A stretch of 63,984 nt of DNA, the filler included, from an uncultured bacterium (GTDB lineage: Bacteria > CAZSTA01), in the NCBI GenBank assembly GCA_964609495.1. It is 7 parts of 7 records of this genome, joined end to end, with 100 filler letters (N's around TTAATTAATTAA, not from the genome) between each part and the next. Parts side by side here need not be neighbours in the genome. Positions count along the whole stretch, not along the records: positions 27,856 to 36,859 come from CAZSTA010000153.1; positions 36,960 to 45,959 come from CAZSTA010000154.1; 5 more parts are not named here. The stretch is one strand, 5' to 3'. The notes under the pieces were generated by a model, which made no database searches, had not been told where the DNA came from, and was given only the letters and a program-made list of their open reading frames with translations. Each line of letters opens with the position of its first letter. Positions within the stretch are counted from its first letter, which is position 1. Position numbers and translations under genes: made by a program. Shown here one piece after another: positions 30,886 through 41,506 of this stretch.

Positions 30886-31917
30886 CTAAGACAAAACATT
30901 GCCTAACTTCAAAAATAGCACTTCCCAGGTTAATTGAACATTAACTTTATTTATCAAAGCGTTCTTTATCTCATCGAAGTAAGCGATTAGCTCTAAGAGA
31001 CGTGGCAAGGAATAGTTCCTCATCTGAGAGCGAAGGATTACCTCCTTATCAGCATTGATTAGAAGGTCTCTCAAGGAAGTATCATCCTTACCGGAATTTA
31101 ATTTCAAGAAGAGAAGATCGCGGTACCAGCCACCGATAACGCCGAAGATCTCATCGACTCTCTCCTGAAGTCCTTTGTCATCTTCCTTTTGAATCAGCTC
31201 GGAGGAGAATCGTCTCGCCAGCTGAAGGAGTTGAAGAGGTTTCGAGTTGGCAGCTGCCGAGAGAGAGGATATGATCATCTCCCTCCTCTCCAAGAATCCC
31301 TCCTCCTTCATCCGTAGCGCTTTCCCGAGGTTGCCTCCTGATAAAGTTGCTATTATATCCGCTTGTTGCCCCGATATTTCGCATAACTCCTGTACTTTTT
31401 GAGATATCATAGCTCTAGGGATAAGATCGAACTTGATCCTTTGACAGCGAGAGATTATAGTGGGAAGTAGAGAGTCCTCCTGGGAGGTAACAAGTATTAT
31501 CAACGAGTGGGGAGGAGGCTCCTCTAAAGTCTTCAAAAGGCTATTTGCGGCTTGAGGTGTCATCTTCTCCGCCTCAGAGATTATGTAAATTTTCCAACGC
31601 CCTTCGAGGGGTTTTAGGCTTATCTCCTTTTGGAGTTCTCTCATTTGAGCTATAGATAAGGACAATCCCTGAGGCTCTATCACCTTGACATCGGGATGAT
31701 TCGAGTCGTTGATCTTGCGACAGGATAGGCAAATGCCACAAGCCTCATCGCTATGCTCAACGCAGTTTAAAGCCTTAGCCAGCGCTAAAGCGGTTGCTCG
31801 CTTCCCTACCCCCCGAGGTCCGCTGAATAGATAGGCATGCGTGAGGCGATTCCTTCTTATAGAATTACGCAGGATATTTATAGCTCGTTCCTGTCCAATT
31901 ATATCCTTAAAGGTCAT
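30886..31917 (-). CDS. holB: DNA polymerase III delta' subunit
   Basis: HAYLFSGPRGVGK, CGICLSC, ANSLLKTLEEP, TIISRC. Confidence 0.95.
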   Translation of the reverse strand: MTFKDIIGQERAINILRNSIRRNRLTHAYLFSGPRGVGKRATALALAKALNCVEHSDEACGICLSCRKINDSNHPDVKVIEPQGLSLSIAQMRELQKEISLKPLEGRWKIYIISEAEKMTPQAANSLLKTLEEPPPHSLIILVTSQEDSLLPTIISRCQRIKFDLIPRAMISQKVQELCEISGQQADIIATLSGGNLGKALRMKEEGFLERREMIISSLSAAANSKPLQLLQLARRFSSELIQKEDDKGLQERVDEIFGVIGGWYRDLLFLKLNSGKDDTSLRDLLINADKEVILRSQMRNYSLPRLLELIAYFDEIKNALINKVNVQLTWEVLFLKLGNVLS

Positions 31918-32593
31918 TTCTCCTAGCCTCTAAAAACTTATCAATTATATCTCTTATAATTTGCTGAGTCTCCTCTATATTCCCTTCCACTTCTACTATT
32001 CGAAAGCGTTCAGATTCCTCATGAGCAAGGGATAAAAAACCCCGGCGAACTCGTTCTTGAAGTTCCAATCCCCCCGCTTCGATTCGATCATAGTCGCCTC
32101 TCCGAGTAGTATCGTCTGCAGAGATTACTCGCTTTAATCCTAGGGAGGGTTCTATATCGAGCAGGATCGTAAGGTCTGGCTTCAATCCTCCAGTTGCTAT
32201 GCGATTCAATTCCGCTATGAGCTTTAAATCCAATCCCCGGCCATATCCCTGATAAGCAACCGTAGCATCGCTGAAGCGAGAGCAGATCACGATCTTGCTC
32301 TCTTGAAGAGCAGGCACGATCTTTTCCAGCACATGCTGAGCACGGCTGGCGGAGAATAGCAGAAGCTCGGTGAGAAAACGCATCTCCCGATTAAGCGGAT
32401 CTAGTAGGATCTCTCTGATCTTATCCCCTATACGAGTGCCACCGGGCTCGCGAGTATATATCACCTCATAACCGCATCTTTTGAGATAGCCAGTTAATAA
32501 CTCTGCCTGAGTGCTTTTCCCTCCTCCATCTATACCTTCGAGGGTTATGAAAACTCCTCTCGGATTCTCCATTTCTATTTTCGAACTAGACAT
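31907..32593 (-). CDS. tmk: thymidylate kinase (start probably 32593 or 32572)
   Basis: FITLEGIDGGGKST, TREPGGT, AYQGYGRG. Confidence 0.95.
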   Translation of the reverse strand: MSSSKIEMENPRGVFITLEGIDGGGKSTQAELLTGYLKRCGYEVIYTREPGGTRIGDKIREILLDPLNREMRFLTELLLFSASRAQHVLEKIVPALQESKIVICSRFSDATVAYQGYGRGLDLKLIAELNRIATGGLKPDLTILLDIEPSLGLKRVISADDTTRRGDYDRIEAGGLELQERVRRGFLSLAHEESERFRIVEVEGNIEETQQIIRDIIDKFLEARRNDL

Positions 32594-32598
32594 AATTT

Positions 32599-32723
32599 TA
32601 TACTTTCGCATATTTTTGAAAAATCCAGCATTTATGCGGGTTCTTGTAGGGAGCATGTTACAACGCACCCCTACCCCAAAATCCGTTTTCAGTTCAGTGT
32701 TCCCCTAAAAGTGCAAAACTATA
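32599..32723. mobile_element. possible MITE-like remnant with an internal REP-like palindrome
   Basis: Imperfect 12-bp inverted ends TATACTTTCGCA / TGCAAAACTATA; internal GTAGGGAGC...GCACCCCTAC. Confidence 0.4.
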
Positions 32724-32801
32724 GCCTCTAAATAATAGCATATTTTAAGTGCCTTGTAAAGGGTTAGGTTTCTGAAGTGAGGTATTCTTCCCGATTATTC
32801 C

Positions 32802-34469
32802 TTAATCGGAGATCTTCAAAGTCGCACCTTTATCCGCCGATTGCACTATCTGGGAATAGAGCCTCAAGAAGCCCTTCTTTATCTTAGGTTCGGGCGGTTT
32901 CCAATCCTTCAAGCGTCTCTTTATCTCCTCCTCCGATACCCTCAGATTCAAACTACGATTCGGAATATCGATCTCTATTATATCTCCATCTCGAACTGCC
33001 GCCAAGGGGCCTCCCACCGCGGCCTCAGGGGAGATGTGCCCAATACAGGGACCCCTCGTAGCTCCGGAGAATCGCCCATCGGTAATCATCGCTACCGAAT
33101 CACCAAGCCCCATCCCTACCAACACCGCCGCCGGAATGGAGAGTTCTCTCATCCCTGGACCTCCTCGTGGTCCTTCATAGCGCACTACCAATACATCTCC
33201 GGGTTGAACTTTATGAGATAATAGTTCGGTTCTAACCTCCTCCTCAGCGTTGAATACCTTCGCCTTCCCCCTATGAACTCTCATTTTGGGATTTACTCCG
33301 CTGACTTTGACAACTGCTCCCAGAGGAGCTATATTGCCCTTGAGGATAGCTATCCCTCCCTCTTCAGCTAAGGGGTTATCTAAAGGACGAATAACATCCT
33401 CCCTCAATACTTGGGCTCCTTCTAAATTATCTCTAAGTGTTTTTCCAGTTACTGTCAATTGATCTAAATTCAACAGAGGAGAAAGGATCTTTAGTAGAGC
33501 AGGGATACCTCCCGCCTCATCTAGATCTCGCAGATTGTATTGAGAGGCGGGCTTGAACTTGGCTAAGAGAGGTGTCTCCTTACTCAACTTATCGAAGAGA
33601 TCAAGATTTATATCTATTCCTAATTCCTCCCCTAGGGCTGGTAGATGAAGCAGGGTATTTGTAGAGCCGCCGATAGCTAGATCGACTCGAACTGCATTCA
33701 TCAAAGTTTGAGCTGTAAGGATTTGAGATGCTCTAAGATCCTCCTCGATCATCTCCACGATACGCTTTCCAGTCGCCTTAGCTAGATGCAAACGGCGAGA
33801 TTCTACCGCGGGGATAGTAGCACACTTGGGAAGCGATAAACCCATTGCCTCTACCAGACAGCACATAGTATTAGCAGTCCCCATCATATTACAGATGCCC
33901 ACACTAGCGCAGGTCTCGGTCTCAATGCGCTGGAACTCATCCTCATCGATCTCGCCCGATGTCACCCGCCCAATCGCCTCTTTAACATCACATGTCACCC
34001 AATCCCTTCCCTCTCTATGGCGGGGAAGCATTGGTCCGCCAGTTAAGAAGATGGTAGGAAGATCTAAACGAGCGGTAGCCATCAGCATACCAGGGACTAT
34101 CTTATCGCAAGAGCAAAGCATCACCAAACCATCGAGGCTATGAGATTGAGCCATCAACTCCACCGAAGCGGCGACGATCTCCCGAGCCGGCAAGATATAG
34201 TGCATTCCAAATCCTTGAGCTATCCCATCACAAGGAGCGATAGTATTAAACTCGGCTGGCGTCCCTCCTGCTCTCCATATCCCCTCTTTAACCGCTTGAG
34301 CGAGGGTTCTCAGATGAGCATGACCAGGATTGAGTTCGCTATAGGAATTGGCTATCCCAATTAAAGGTTTTGCTAAATCGTCATCGGTAAATCCTATCGA
34401 GCGATAGAGCGATCTAGCATAGGCTCCGGTCCTTCCTCTCAGCACATCTTGGCTTCTCAGTTTGGGCAT
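32802..34469 (-). CDS. ilvD: dihydroxy-acid dehydratase (IlvD/Edd family)
   Basis: [38 protein letters not shown]. Confidence 0.9.
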   Translation of the reverse strand: MPKLRSQDVLRGRTGAYARSLYRSIGFTDDDLAKPLIGIANSYSELNPGHAHLRTLAQAVKEGIWRAGGTPAEFNTIAPCDGIAQGFGMHYILPAREIVAASVELMAQSHSLDGLVMLCSCDKIVPGMLMATARLDLPTIFLTGGPMLPRHREGRDWVTCDVKEAIGRVTSGEIDEDEFQRIETETCASVGICNMMGTANTMCCLVEAMGLSLPKCATIPAVESRRLHLAKATGKRIVEMIEEDLRASQILTAQTLMNAVRVDLAIGGSTNTLLHLPALGEELGIDINLDLFDKLSKETPLLAKFKPASQYNLRDLDEAGGIPALLKILSPLLNLDQLTVTGKTLRDNLEGAQVLREDVIRPLDNPLAEEGGIAILKGNIAPLGAVVKVSGVNPKMRVHRGKAKVFNAEEEVRTELLSHKVQPGDVLVVRYEGPRGGPGMRELSIPAAVLVGMGLGDSVAMITDGRFSGATRGPCIGHISPEAAVGGPLAAVRDGDIIEIDIPNRSLNLRVSEEEIKRRLKDWKPPEPKIKKGFLRLYSQIVQSADKGATLKISD

Positions 34470-34599
34470 AATCTATTCATCTCCCCTTATTATATCGGTT
34501 TCACTTAATAGAAATTATATCATATCAAACCCGGTTTAGCAATATAAAATGAGGGATTTGATCTCTCTCCTTTGCGGAGGGGGAGAAAGGAGATTGTGC

Positions 34600-34628
34600 T
34601 TGACACAGGAGTTCAAATGTGATAGAAT
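34600..34628 (+). promoter_or_regulatory. sigma70 promoter
   Basis: TTGACA-N17-TAGAAT with TG. Confidence 0.75.
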
Positions 34629-34710
34629 AAAAAGCAATTTAGGACTATCCTAATAAAGAAGTTATAAGGGGAAGCATATAATTAAGGTATATGTATATCT
34701 TATAGCAGGG

Positions 34711-36270
34711 TTGATGTTAATCTTGCTCTTTACCATAGCTGAGAGAGGAGAAGCTCAACATCGGCTGGATAAAGCTTTCGAATTCGGTGGTAAGGAGCGG
34801 GATAAAGGGTTGCTTAAAGATCCTTCTGGCTTGGCTTTCAGTGAAAATGGTGATATCTTCATCACTGATAAAGGACGTGATAGAATCTGCCGCTTCGATC
34901 GAGAGGGGAAACTTCGGACAGAGTTCATACTCTATAACGAGAGCGGAGATATACTGGAAAATCCCTCCGATATAGCTTTAGATAGCCAGGGGAATATGTA
35001 TGTTATAACCTCTTTTTCCGCAAAGGTCTTTAAGTTTGATCCCCAAGGGGAGCTATTGTTCTCCTTTGGGGGAAGGGGAGCGAAAGAGGGCGAATTCTCA
35101 GCAATACCTAAGGCTTTAGAGGTAGATCAACAGGGGAATATATATGTAATTGAGAGCGATTATATTCATAAATTCGACTCTCAAGGAGGCTTTATCTATA
35201 GAATTGGAGGATATGGCGGCGAGCAAGGCAAATTCGATGATCCAGCCTCTTTGATCCTTGATTCTCAAGGATCCTTATATATCGCCGATCAGGGGAATAA
35301 TCGAGTCCAGAAGTTCGATTCAAGTGGGAACTTCCTTCTCTCCTTCGGACATAAGGGAAAGAATATGGGAGAGTTTATTGATCCTAAATATATACATCTA
35401 ATCGGTGATACTATATTCGTTGTCGATGAGGCTAGTTATGATATCTGGAAGAGTGATAAGTGTCTACGACGCATTCAGCTCTTTAACATTTATGGAGAAT
35501 ATAGAGGTAAGATATTATACAGTCGCGGAGAAGAGCAAGACGAGGATGAGGAATCGGCACCTCTTCGGTTTAAAGCTATAGATAATTTCTCCCGCATCTA
35601 TCTATTTCACCGGTATCAGAAGAAATTTATCGTTTATAATGTTCGAGAGCTAAGCTTTCGTTGGTCTGAGATCGAGAGCGATTATTATCTAACTCTAGCT
35701 AACTCAAGGGGAGAGGATGTTTATGAAAGCTTGAGCGATCCAAATATCATTCCCGAGGATAAGGAAAGATGGACAAGTTTCGATACAATTCAGAATTTCA
35801 CCCTAAATTATCAAGTGGATGAGCGCCTAAGTTTTTACTTAACGGATGAGATTACTTTTGGCAACAGGGATGATGATTCGCACTGGAGCGCTGAGGAAGG
35901 ATTCGAATGGGGAGGAAAGGAGAAGGAGACAAAGAACGATCTTGAATTTAAGGTTAGCTATCTATATGATGCCACAAAAGAACTTGCTCTTTTAGGAACG
36001 ATAGGATTTTCTCTCGACTACCTGCGAGATGAGGATAATCCTTTGGATATATCTGATCTCTCTTCTGAGGTATCCCGAACTGCCACTAAGAAGGCTTATT
36101 TAGAGCTTATCTATGATCTTAGTTCCTACTCAGATATAACTTTGAAGTTGGAAACCATTTCTACTGAGGAGAATGAAAAGGTCTATGATCTGGAAGGTGT
36201 AAAGATAAAGGACAAAGAGGAAAGCGATTTGGAACAGACGATCAGTCTAACTTTACATTTAAGCTTTTGA
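34711..36270 (+). CDS. exported NHL-repeat beta-propeller protein with beta-strand-rich C-terminus
   Basis: Repeated P.....D..G..Y..D..N.RVQKFD units; ends TISLTLHLSF. Confidence 0.85.
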   Translation: MMLILLFTIAERGEAQHRLDKAFEFGGKERDKGLLKDPSGLAFSENGDIFITDKGRDRICRFDREGKLRTEFILYNESGDILENPSDIALDSQGNMYVITSFSAKVFKFDPQGELLFSFGGRGAKEGEFSAIPKALEVDQQGNIYVIESDYIHKFDSQGGFIYRIGGYGGEQGKFDDPASLILDSQGSLYIADQGNNRVQKFDSSGNFLLSFGHKGKNMGEFIDPKYIHLIGDTIFVVDEASYDIWKSDKCLRRIQLFNIYGEYRGKILYSRGEEQDEDEESAPLRFKAIDNFSRIYLFHRYQKKFIVYNVRELSFRWSEIESDYYLTLANSRGEDVYESLSDPNIIPEDKERWTSFDTIQNFTLNYQVDERLSFYLTDEITFGNRDDDSHWSAEEGFEWGGKEKETKNDLEFKVSYLYDATKELALLGTIGFSLDYLRDEDNPLDISDLSSEVSRTATKKAYLELIYDLSSYSDITLKLETISTEENEKVYDLEGVKIKDKEESDLEQTISLTLHLSF

Positions 36271-36289
36271 GGCGAATAAGGAGGATGAT

Positions 36290-36721
36290 ATGAATAGTAG
36301 TAAGGTAATCAGCGAGTCGGAAAGATTATTAAAACAGCTCGATAGAATACAGGGATGCCTCAACTGTAGCGAGAGGAATGCCTGTGAGTTATATAACTTC
36401 TCCGTCCAAGCCTCTCGGAAGATTATAGAGGAGAATAATCTTAAGGACTCTTTTCTAGGACATCTATTAGCGAGAAGTTTAAGCTGGATGGTAGCTGAAG
36501 AAGCCCAGATAATGCAGATAATAGATGAGGAGGGCGTTATGGTCAGCTACAGTAATGGAAAGAGCGAAAGCAGTGAGGAGGATTATGAGAACCTTTATGA
36601 TTATGATGGATATGACGAGGAAGAAGAGAGGGAAGAGCCTCATCCTCTATTGGATATTCAATTCAAATTAAGAGGTCATATCAGGGAGACTATGAGGTTA
36701 CTTATGGAGATGAGTAAGTAG
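36290..36721 (+). CDS. hypothetical acidic protein with CxxCx5C motif
   Basis: RBS TAAGGAGG, CLNCSERNAC, followed by a hairpin. Confidence 0.7.
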   Translation: MNSSKVISESERLLKQLDRIQGCLNCSERNACELYNFSVQASRKIIEENNLKDSFLGHLLARSLSWMVAEEAQIMQIIDEEGVMVSYSNGKSESSEEDYENLYDYDGYDEEEEREEPHPLLDIQFKLRGHIRETMRLLMEMSK

Positions 36722-36746
36722 TATCCTCTCGATTAATAGAATCCGA

Positions 36747-36777
36747 GGGGCGTTCCTCATCGAGAGAAACGCCCTTT
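36747..36777 (+). terminator. probable terminator hairpin
   Basis: GGGCGTTCCTC-ATC-GAGAGAAACGCCC then TTT. Confidence 0.5.
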
Positions 36778-36959
36778 AAAGGAAACTTTTGCAGGCAATA
36801 AAACTCAAGTGTTCTGGTAACTTTTGCAGACAAAAATATATAAGGTTAAAAAGTTACCANNNNNNNNNNNNNNNNNNNNNNNNNNNNNNNNNNNNNNNNN
36901 NNNTTAATTAATTAANNNNNNNNNNNNNNNNNNNNNNNNNNNNNNNNNNNNNNNNNNNN

Positions 36960-37639
36960 CCGAAGATCGTAGGCACTATCGCTAATAACAGAAATAATAG
37001 GTAAGTAAAGGGAAGATAGGGGTATAGAGGCGTCCTAGTGATCAAGCAGAGGATTATTAGGATAAAGGTGCACATCGAATAGACAACGAGGACGTAAGGC
37101 AACAAATTCAACCTTTTTCTAAGCTTCCCACCAATGAGGAAATATGCGGCAAAAGTTATCGAACCTCCCAAGGCGAGCATATCGCCGAGAAATTCAAGTG
37201 TGCTGAGGTTGAAATCCTCGACTGCGATGACCGTGCTTCCCAGCAAGGCGATCCCTATTCCAATGATGAGGATCTTGGATATTCGCTCTTGGAAGAGGAA
37301 GCGAGTAGCTAGGGCGACGAAGATGGGCTGGGTATTGACCAGGACGACCGCACTAGCTACGGAGGTATATTGAAGGGAATACATCCAGAGGACGAAGTGA
37401 ATGCTCAGGCAAAATCCAGAGATAAGGGAGTAGAAGAGATCTTTTTTGCTTAAAGCGCTTAACTCTTTCCAACCGGTGTAGAGGGTGAAGGGGGCAATGA
37501 TGAGAGAGGTAAATCCCATTCGATAGGTAGCTATAACCAGGGGAGGGGCATCGCATAATCTGATGAAGATGGCTGAGAAGGAGACCGCGAAGACTCCGAA
37601 TAATAGAGCTAAATAGGGATTGATGACAGGTTTATCCAT
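36960..37639 (-). CDS. DMT/EamA transporter, 3'-truncated
   Basis: SFSAIFIR, SLQYTSVASA, GDMLAL. Confidence 0.9.
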
Positions 37640-37667
37640 TCTCTCGCCTTTTCAAATTCTTCATTTT

Positions 37668-37737
37668 TCCCCCCTCACCCTGGCCCTCTCCCACGAGGGG
37701 AGAGGGAACGTTCCCCCGCCCTTGATGGGAGGGGGAA
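37668..37737 (-). repeat. dispersed palindromic repeat, copy 5
   Basis: CCCCTCACCCTGGCCCTCTCCCACGAGGGGAGAGGGAACGTTCCCCCGCCCTTGATGGGAGGGG. Confidence 0.9.
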
Positions 37738-37738
37738 A

Positions 37739-39625
37739 TCACTTAAGCTTCACTACTACTAATCCAAATATATCCAGCTCAGATATTGTGAACCGAACAT
37801 AACCTTCATATTCTACATAATCCAAAATTGGGGTCCTGATATCTGGCGATCTTAAATCTATCGCCTCGAGGGAATATCCCTCTGGCAGTTTAATTTCTAC
37901 CTCTAAACCCTCGATCGTCCCTTTTCCTAAGTTGACTATAGGGATCGAAAGAAAATCATCGCCTTGTCTTAATTCGAGGTAAATATCAGCCACCGCGTTA
38001 GTTCGCAATTCAGTTGTCCTGCCGACTTCTTCCAACTCGAACTTCTCCAATCCCTCCAGCGCATTCTCATCTCTCCTGTTGTGCCACTCATCGTTCTCTC
38101 CAGTTTCACCAAGAGTGACTATCTTCCCACCTCTCCTCACATAATCCCTTATTATCTGAGCTTCCTCATCGCTCATATCCGCCACGTTTGGTAACACTAG
38201 ATAATCGTAGCCTTCCAGTCTGCTTGAGGTCAAGCCATTATCTATTATGATCTCAAAGGGGATATGATTCTCAAGGAGCATAGCGCATACTTCCCTATAT
38301 TTTGAGAAGAACTTGGTCCCAGAGGTGTCATAAAACTCGGCGGCTCCGCCCTGGTCCAGAAAATCGCGACTCCTCGAGGAATACAACACCGCTACTTCGA
38401 CTCGTGGCTCGGTTTCATAGATGATATCTTGATGATCCTTGATCCAGGAGAAGATCCTCCTTCGATATATATTGCCCGCCGAACCAGCCATAATCGGACC
38501 TTGAGTCTCGTAGTAATTCGCTCCATTAGCTAGGATTATCCCTGCTAACCTCTCAGCATCAGGGGGTTTATAACCATAGGTCAAGATCCAGGATGGCTTA
38601 CCTCTATCTGTCGCTCGGGCATATTTGATCATAGTTGCGAAGGCTAACCACTCTTCGAGAGAAGCTTCTGACATCCCTTTCTCTCCAAGATCGACTCTAT
38701 CTGCAATAGTGCAGATCTCATGGCCAGTTGAGATATCGGGTATGGTGGTATAATAGGTGGGATCATTAGCGTATCTCGTGCTACCATTATGATCGATGTT
38801 CCAATTCTCCCCGAAGAAGACTATATCAGGATCGACTTGTTTAGCTGCTTCTTTGACGCTGATGAGGAAATCTCCGATCTGTTTATGTCGCCAGATGATC
38901 CATATTCTCCAATTCGGATCATCCCAATCCTCTTCCTCTGGGATATCCGAGCCGGTTTCCTCCCGAAAACGCTGAACGCCGAATCTATCAGTTGAGGGCC
39001 ATAGATCTCCATGCTCGCCTATCGAATCTTCCAGATAGACGGTATCAATCCATAAGCCATCGACCCCAGTCTCGGCTATTCCTTTAACTCGCTCTATATA
39101 GAAATCCAAGTAAGGAGAGGATGGAGATACCCATACATCTATATTCCCCTCCTCCAACCAATGTTCCTGCTCAGCACTTATATCGCTGAAGGAGATAGGC
39201 TTTCCCTCTAGGGATATTTGAAGCCAGTCAGGATGCTCCTTGGCTGGATCTCGATCTTCATCGGAAGATATAAGCTCTAATCCAGTTAGATACCAAACTA
39301 CCATCAGCCCTAGATCATGAGCTTTCGACACTACTCTCCTTATCAGCTCTAAGTTCTCTTGGTATTCCTCATCATCATTCCAAGCTGTATAGCTCCATCC
39401 CAAAGGACAATCGGCGATGATAACACTGACTTTCTGCTCCTTCAACTTCTCCAGTTTCTTCTCAATATCCTGTTCACTCTCATCTGGCTCGAAGAAGGCT
39501 CCCACAATCCTAGCTCGATAGGCCCAGAGAGGAAAACTCCTCGCCCCAGCGACTTCCCCAAAAAGCACGAAAGCTGATATGAGAAATAGGATTATAAAGA
39601 TCCTTTTGATTCTCACATCGTTCAC
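37739..39625 (-). CDS. exported glycoside hydrolase-like protein (TIM barrel plus beta-galactosidase trimerisation-like domain)
   Basis: Signal peptide, AHDLGLMV, HPDW, VDGLWID, YDYLVLPNV...YVRRGGK. Confidence 0.75.
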   Translation of the reverse strand: MNDVRIKRIFIILFLISAFVLFGEVAGARSFPLWAYRARIVGAFFEPDESEQDIEKKLEKLKEQKVSVIIADCPLGWSYTAWNDDEEYQENLELIRRVVSKAHDLGLMVVWYLTGLELISSDEDRDPAKEHPDWLQISLEGKPISFSDISAEQEHWLEEGNIDVWVSPSSPYLDFYIERVKGIAETGVDGLWIDTVYLEDSIGEHGDLWPSTDRFGVQRFREETGSDIPEEEDWDDPNWRIWIIWRHKQIGDFLISVKEAAKQVDPDIVFFGENWNIDHNGSTRYANDPTYYTTIPDISTGHEICTIADRVDLGEKGMSEASLEEWLAFATMIKYARATDRGKPSWILTYGYKPPDAERLAGIILANGANYYETQGPIMAGSAGNIYRRRIFSWIKDHQDIIYETEPRVEVAVLYSSRSRDFLDQGGAAEFYDTSGTKFFSKYREVCAMLLENHIPFEIIIDNGLTSSRLEGYDYLVLPNVADMSDEEAQIIRDYVRRGGKIVTLGETGENDEWHNRRDENALEGLEKFELEEVGRTTELRTNAVADIYLELRQGDDFLSIPIVNLGKGTIEGLEVEIKLPEGYSLEAIDLRSPDIRTPILDYVEYEGYVRFTISELDIFGLVVVKLK

Positions 39626-39662
39626 CTCATCTAAGCTTAGAAGTTCTAGTGAATTACATACT

Positions 39663-39998
39663 CTACTTCTTGGGAATTAAACAGATGAATCTTAGTTCAT
39701 CCTCGCCAGTATTCTTGAATTGGTGAACCTCATTGCCTGGGACGAAGATCACATCTCCAACTCCGATCTCATGCTCTCCATCCTCACTCACAACAACTCC
39801 TTTTCCCTTTAGGATGAATACCTCATGCTCCCAAGCATGGCTATGATAAGGAGAATACCCGCCTGGTAGGAACTCGAAGACGCGCATCACAAAGTTGGGA
39901 GCTCCCTCCTTCTCAGTAATGACCCATCGAATCTTGACATCCTTCGCCCCTTGTTCGACATCGACCGCTTCAACCTCGCTATAATTTCTTATCAACAC
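39663..39998 (-). CDS. cupin domain protein
   Basis: PYHSHAWEHEVFIL...GDVIFVPGNEVHQF. Confidence 0.92.
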   Translation of the reverse strand: MLIRNYSEVEAVDVEQGAKDVKIRWVITEKEGAPNFVMRVFEFLPGGYSPYHSHAWEHEVFILKGKGVVVSEDGEHEIGVGDVIFVPGNEVHQFKNTGEDELRFICLIPKK

Positions 39999-40905
39999 CC
40001 TCTATCACCTCCTCTCCGACTCTCTTTCTAACTATATTGACTATGGCTATTCCTCCTAGAATAGCCGCCATCCCTAGGATGATCTTCGTTTCGAATATCT
40101 CGTTCAAGAATATTATTCCCAATACAATCGCTACCGCAGGAGTCGCAAAAGCGACAAGAGAAACATTAGTTGCTCCAATATTGTCGATCAGCCAGAAGTA
40201 GAGGACGAAGGCGAAAGCCGATCCTAATAACGCTAAATAAAGGAGCGAAGAGACCGAGGATAGGGAGAAATGTAACCTCGCGTTATGCTCAATTAATAAC
40301 CCTAAGGGTAAAAGGATTATCCCATTGGCTATCTGAGCGGTGGTGATGACCAGGGGATTCATCTCGCGCACCGCCCTCTTTGCATATACAGTCGCTATAG
40401 CATAACTCAAGCTTGAGCCAAGGATCGCTAACTCTCCCTTTATATGATCAACTGAAGCCCAACCTGTAAATTTGAGTTTATCCCCTATGAGTAATAAGAC
40501 TCCTCCAAAGCCAATAATCAAACCGATAATCTTCCCAAAATCTAGCTTTTCATCGCTTAACCAGAAGTGAGCGATGATCACCACAAAGAAGGGAAGAGTG
40601 CTGGTAAGGATTGAGGTCAGCCCAGAGGAGATAAACTGCTCCCCCCAAAAGAGGAGCGCATAGGGAAGGGTTGTCATAAAGAAGCCAAGTATTAGGAGAG
40701 AAAAGATGTCATTCCTTTGGCGGGGTAACTTTTCTCCTCCTGCTCGCATCACCAGATAGATGGCAACGAAAGCGATGGCGAAACGCATGCCTGCGAATGT
40801 CAGAGGAGGGAAGCTATCCAGTCCAACCTTGATAGCCATAAAGGTGGAGCCCCAGATTATACATAGAACTATGAAGGCGATGACGAAGTAGAATCTTTTA
40901 TTCAA
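39979..40905 (-). CDS. EamA family transporter
   Basis: IWGSTF, ISSGLTSIL, GSAFAFVLYF; two EamA repeats. Confidence 0.92.
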   Translation of the reverse strand: MNKRFYFVIAFIVLCIIWGSTFMAIKVGLDSFPPLTFAGMRFAIAFVAIYLVMRAGGEKLPRQRNDIFSLLILGFFMTTLPYALLFWGEQFISSGLTSILTSTLPFFVVIIAHFWLSDEKLDFGKIIGLIIGFGGVLLLIGDKLKFTGWASVDHIKGELAILGSSLSYAIATVYAKRAVREMNPLVITTAQIANGIILLPLGLLIEHNARLHFSLSSVSSLLYLALLGSAFAFVLYFWLIDNIGATNVSLVAFATPAVAIVLGIIFLNEIFETKIILGMAAILGGIAIVNIVRKRVGEEVIEGVDKKL

Positions 40906-41446
40906 TATTTACGCCCTCCAAGGATAAAAGGCGTCTCTTCCACTCCAATCCAGAGGAGAATCCTCCTATTTTTCCTCCCCCAGCTATTACCCGATGACAA
41001 GGAACGATCAGAGGGAGAGGATTAGAGGCCATCGCTGATCCTACCGCCCTCGAAGCTCTCGGTCTCCCTATCTGCTTAGCGATCCATCCATAGGATCTAG
41101 TCTCGCCATAGGGTATCTTCCTAGCGGTTTGCCAGACCTCCTTCTGAAATTGAGTAGCCTCATAAAAATCGAGAGGATAGTCAAACTCAATCCTCTCTCC
41201 TAAGAAATATCTTTGGAAGGTACTTATTATCTCTTCAAAATTGCTTTGTCCCTCTCGAAGCTCGAAAGTCTCCCTTCTTTTCTTCCTTTGAGCTTTCTTC
41301 CATCTCTCCTCCAGCTCGAACTTCAATTCGATGCGCACATCCTCTTCACTCTTATGAGGGATAGTAACAGCTATTAGTCCTGAACTGCTTTTGGCGACCC
41401 CCATCCGTCCCAATTCTGTAGGAAATATAGCATAATCGATTATCAT
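40898..41446 (-). CDS. ogt: methylated-DNA--protein-cysteine methyltransferase
   Basis: IPYGETRSY, RAVG, PCHRV. Confidence 0.95.
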   Translation of the reverse strand: MIIDYAIFPTELGRMGVAKSSSGLIAVTIPHKSEEDVRIELKFELEERWKKAQRKKRRETFELREGQSNFEEIISTFQRYFLGERIEFDYPLDFYEATQFQKEVWQTARKIPYGETRSYGWIAKQIGRPRASRAVGSAMASNPLPLIVPCHRVIAGGGKIGGFSSGLEWKRRLLSLEGVNIE

Positions 41447-41506
41447 TGACTAACGCTCTCTTTGAAGTGATTTAGGATCTTTTTATTTTACTCTCTTTTG
41501 AGGTCC

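Noticed and set aside
32594..32668. N-terminal extension of the tmk ORF in the track; likewise rpsB 10070-10114 and hslU 12518-12553
   Set aside because: No similarity to the families; downstream starts fit RBS or operon overlap better.
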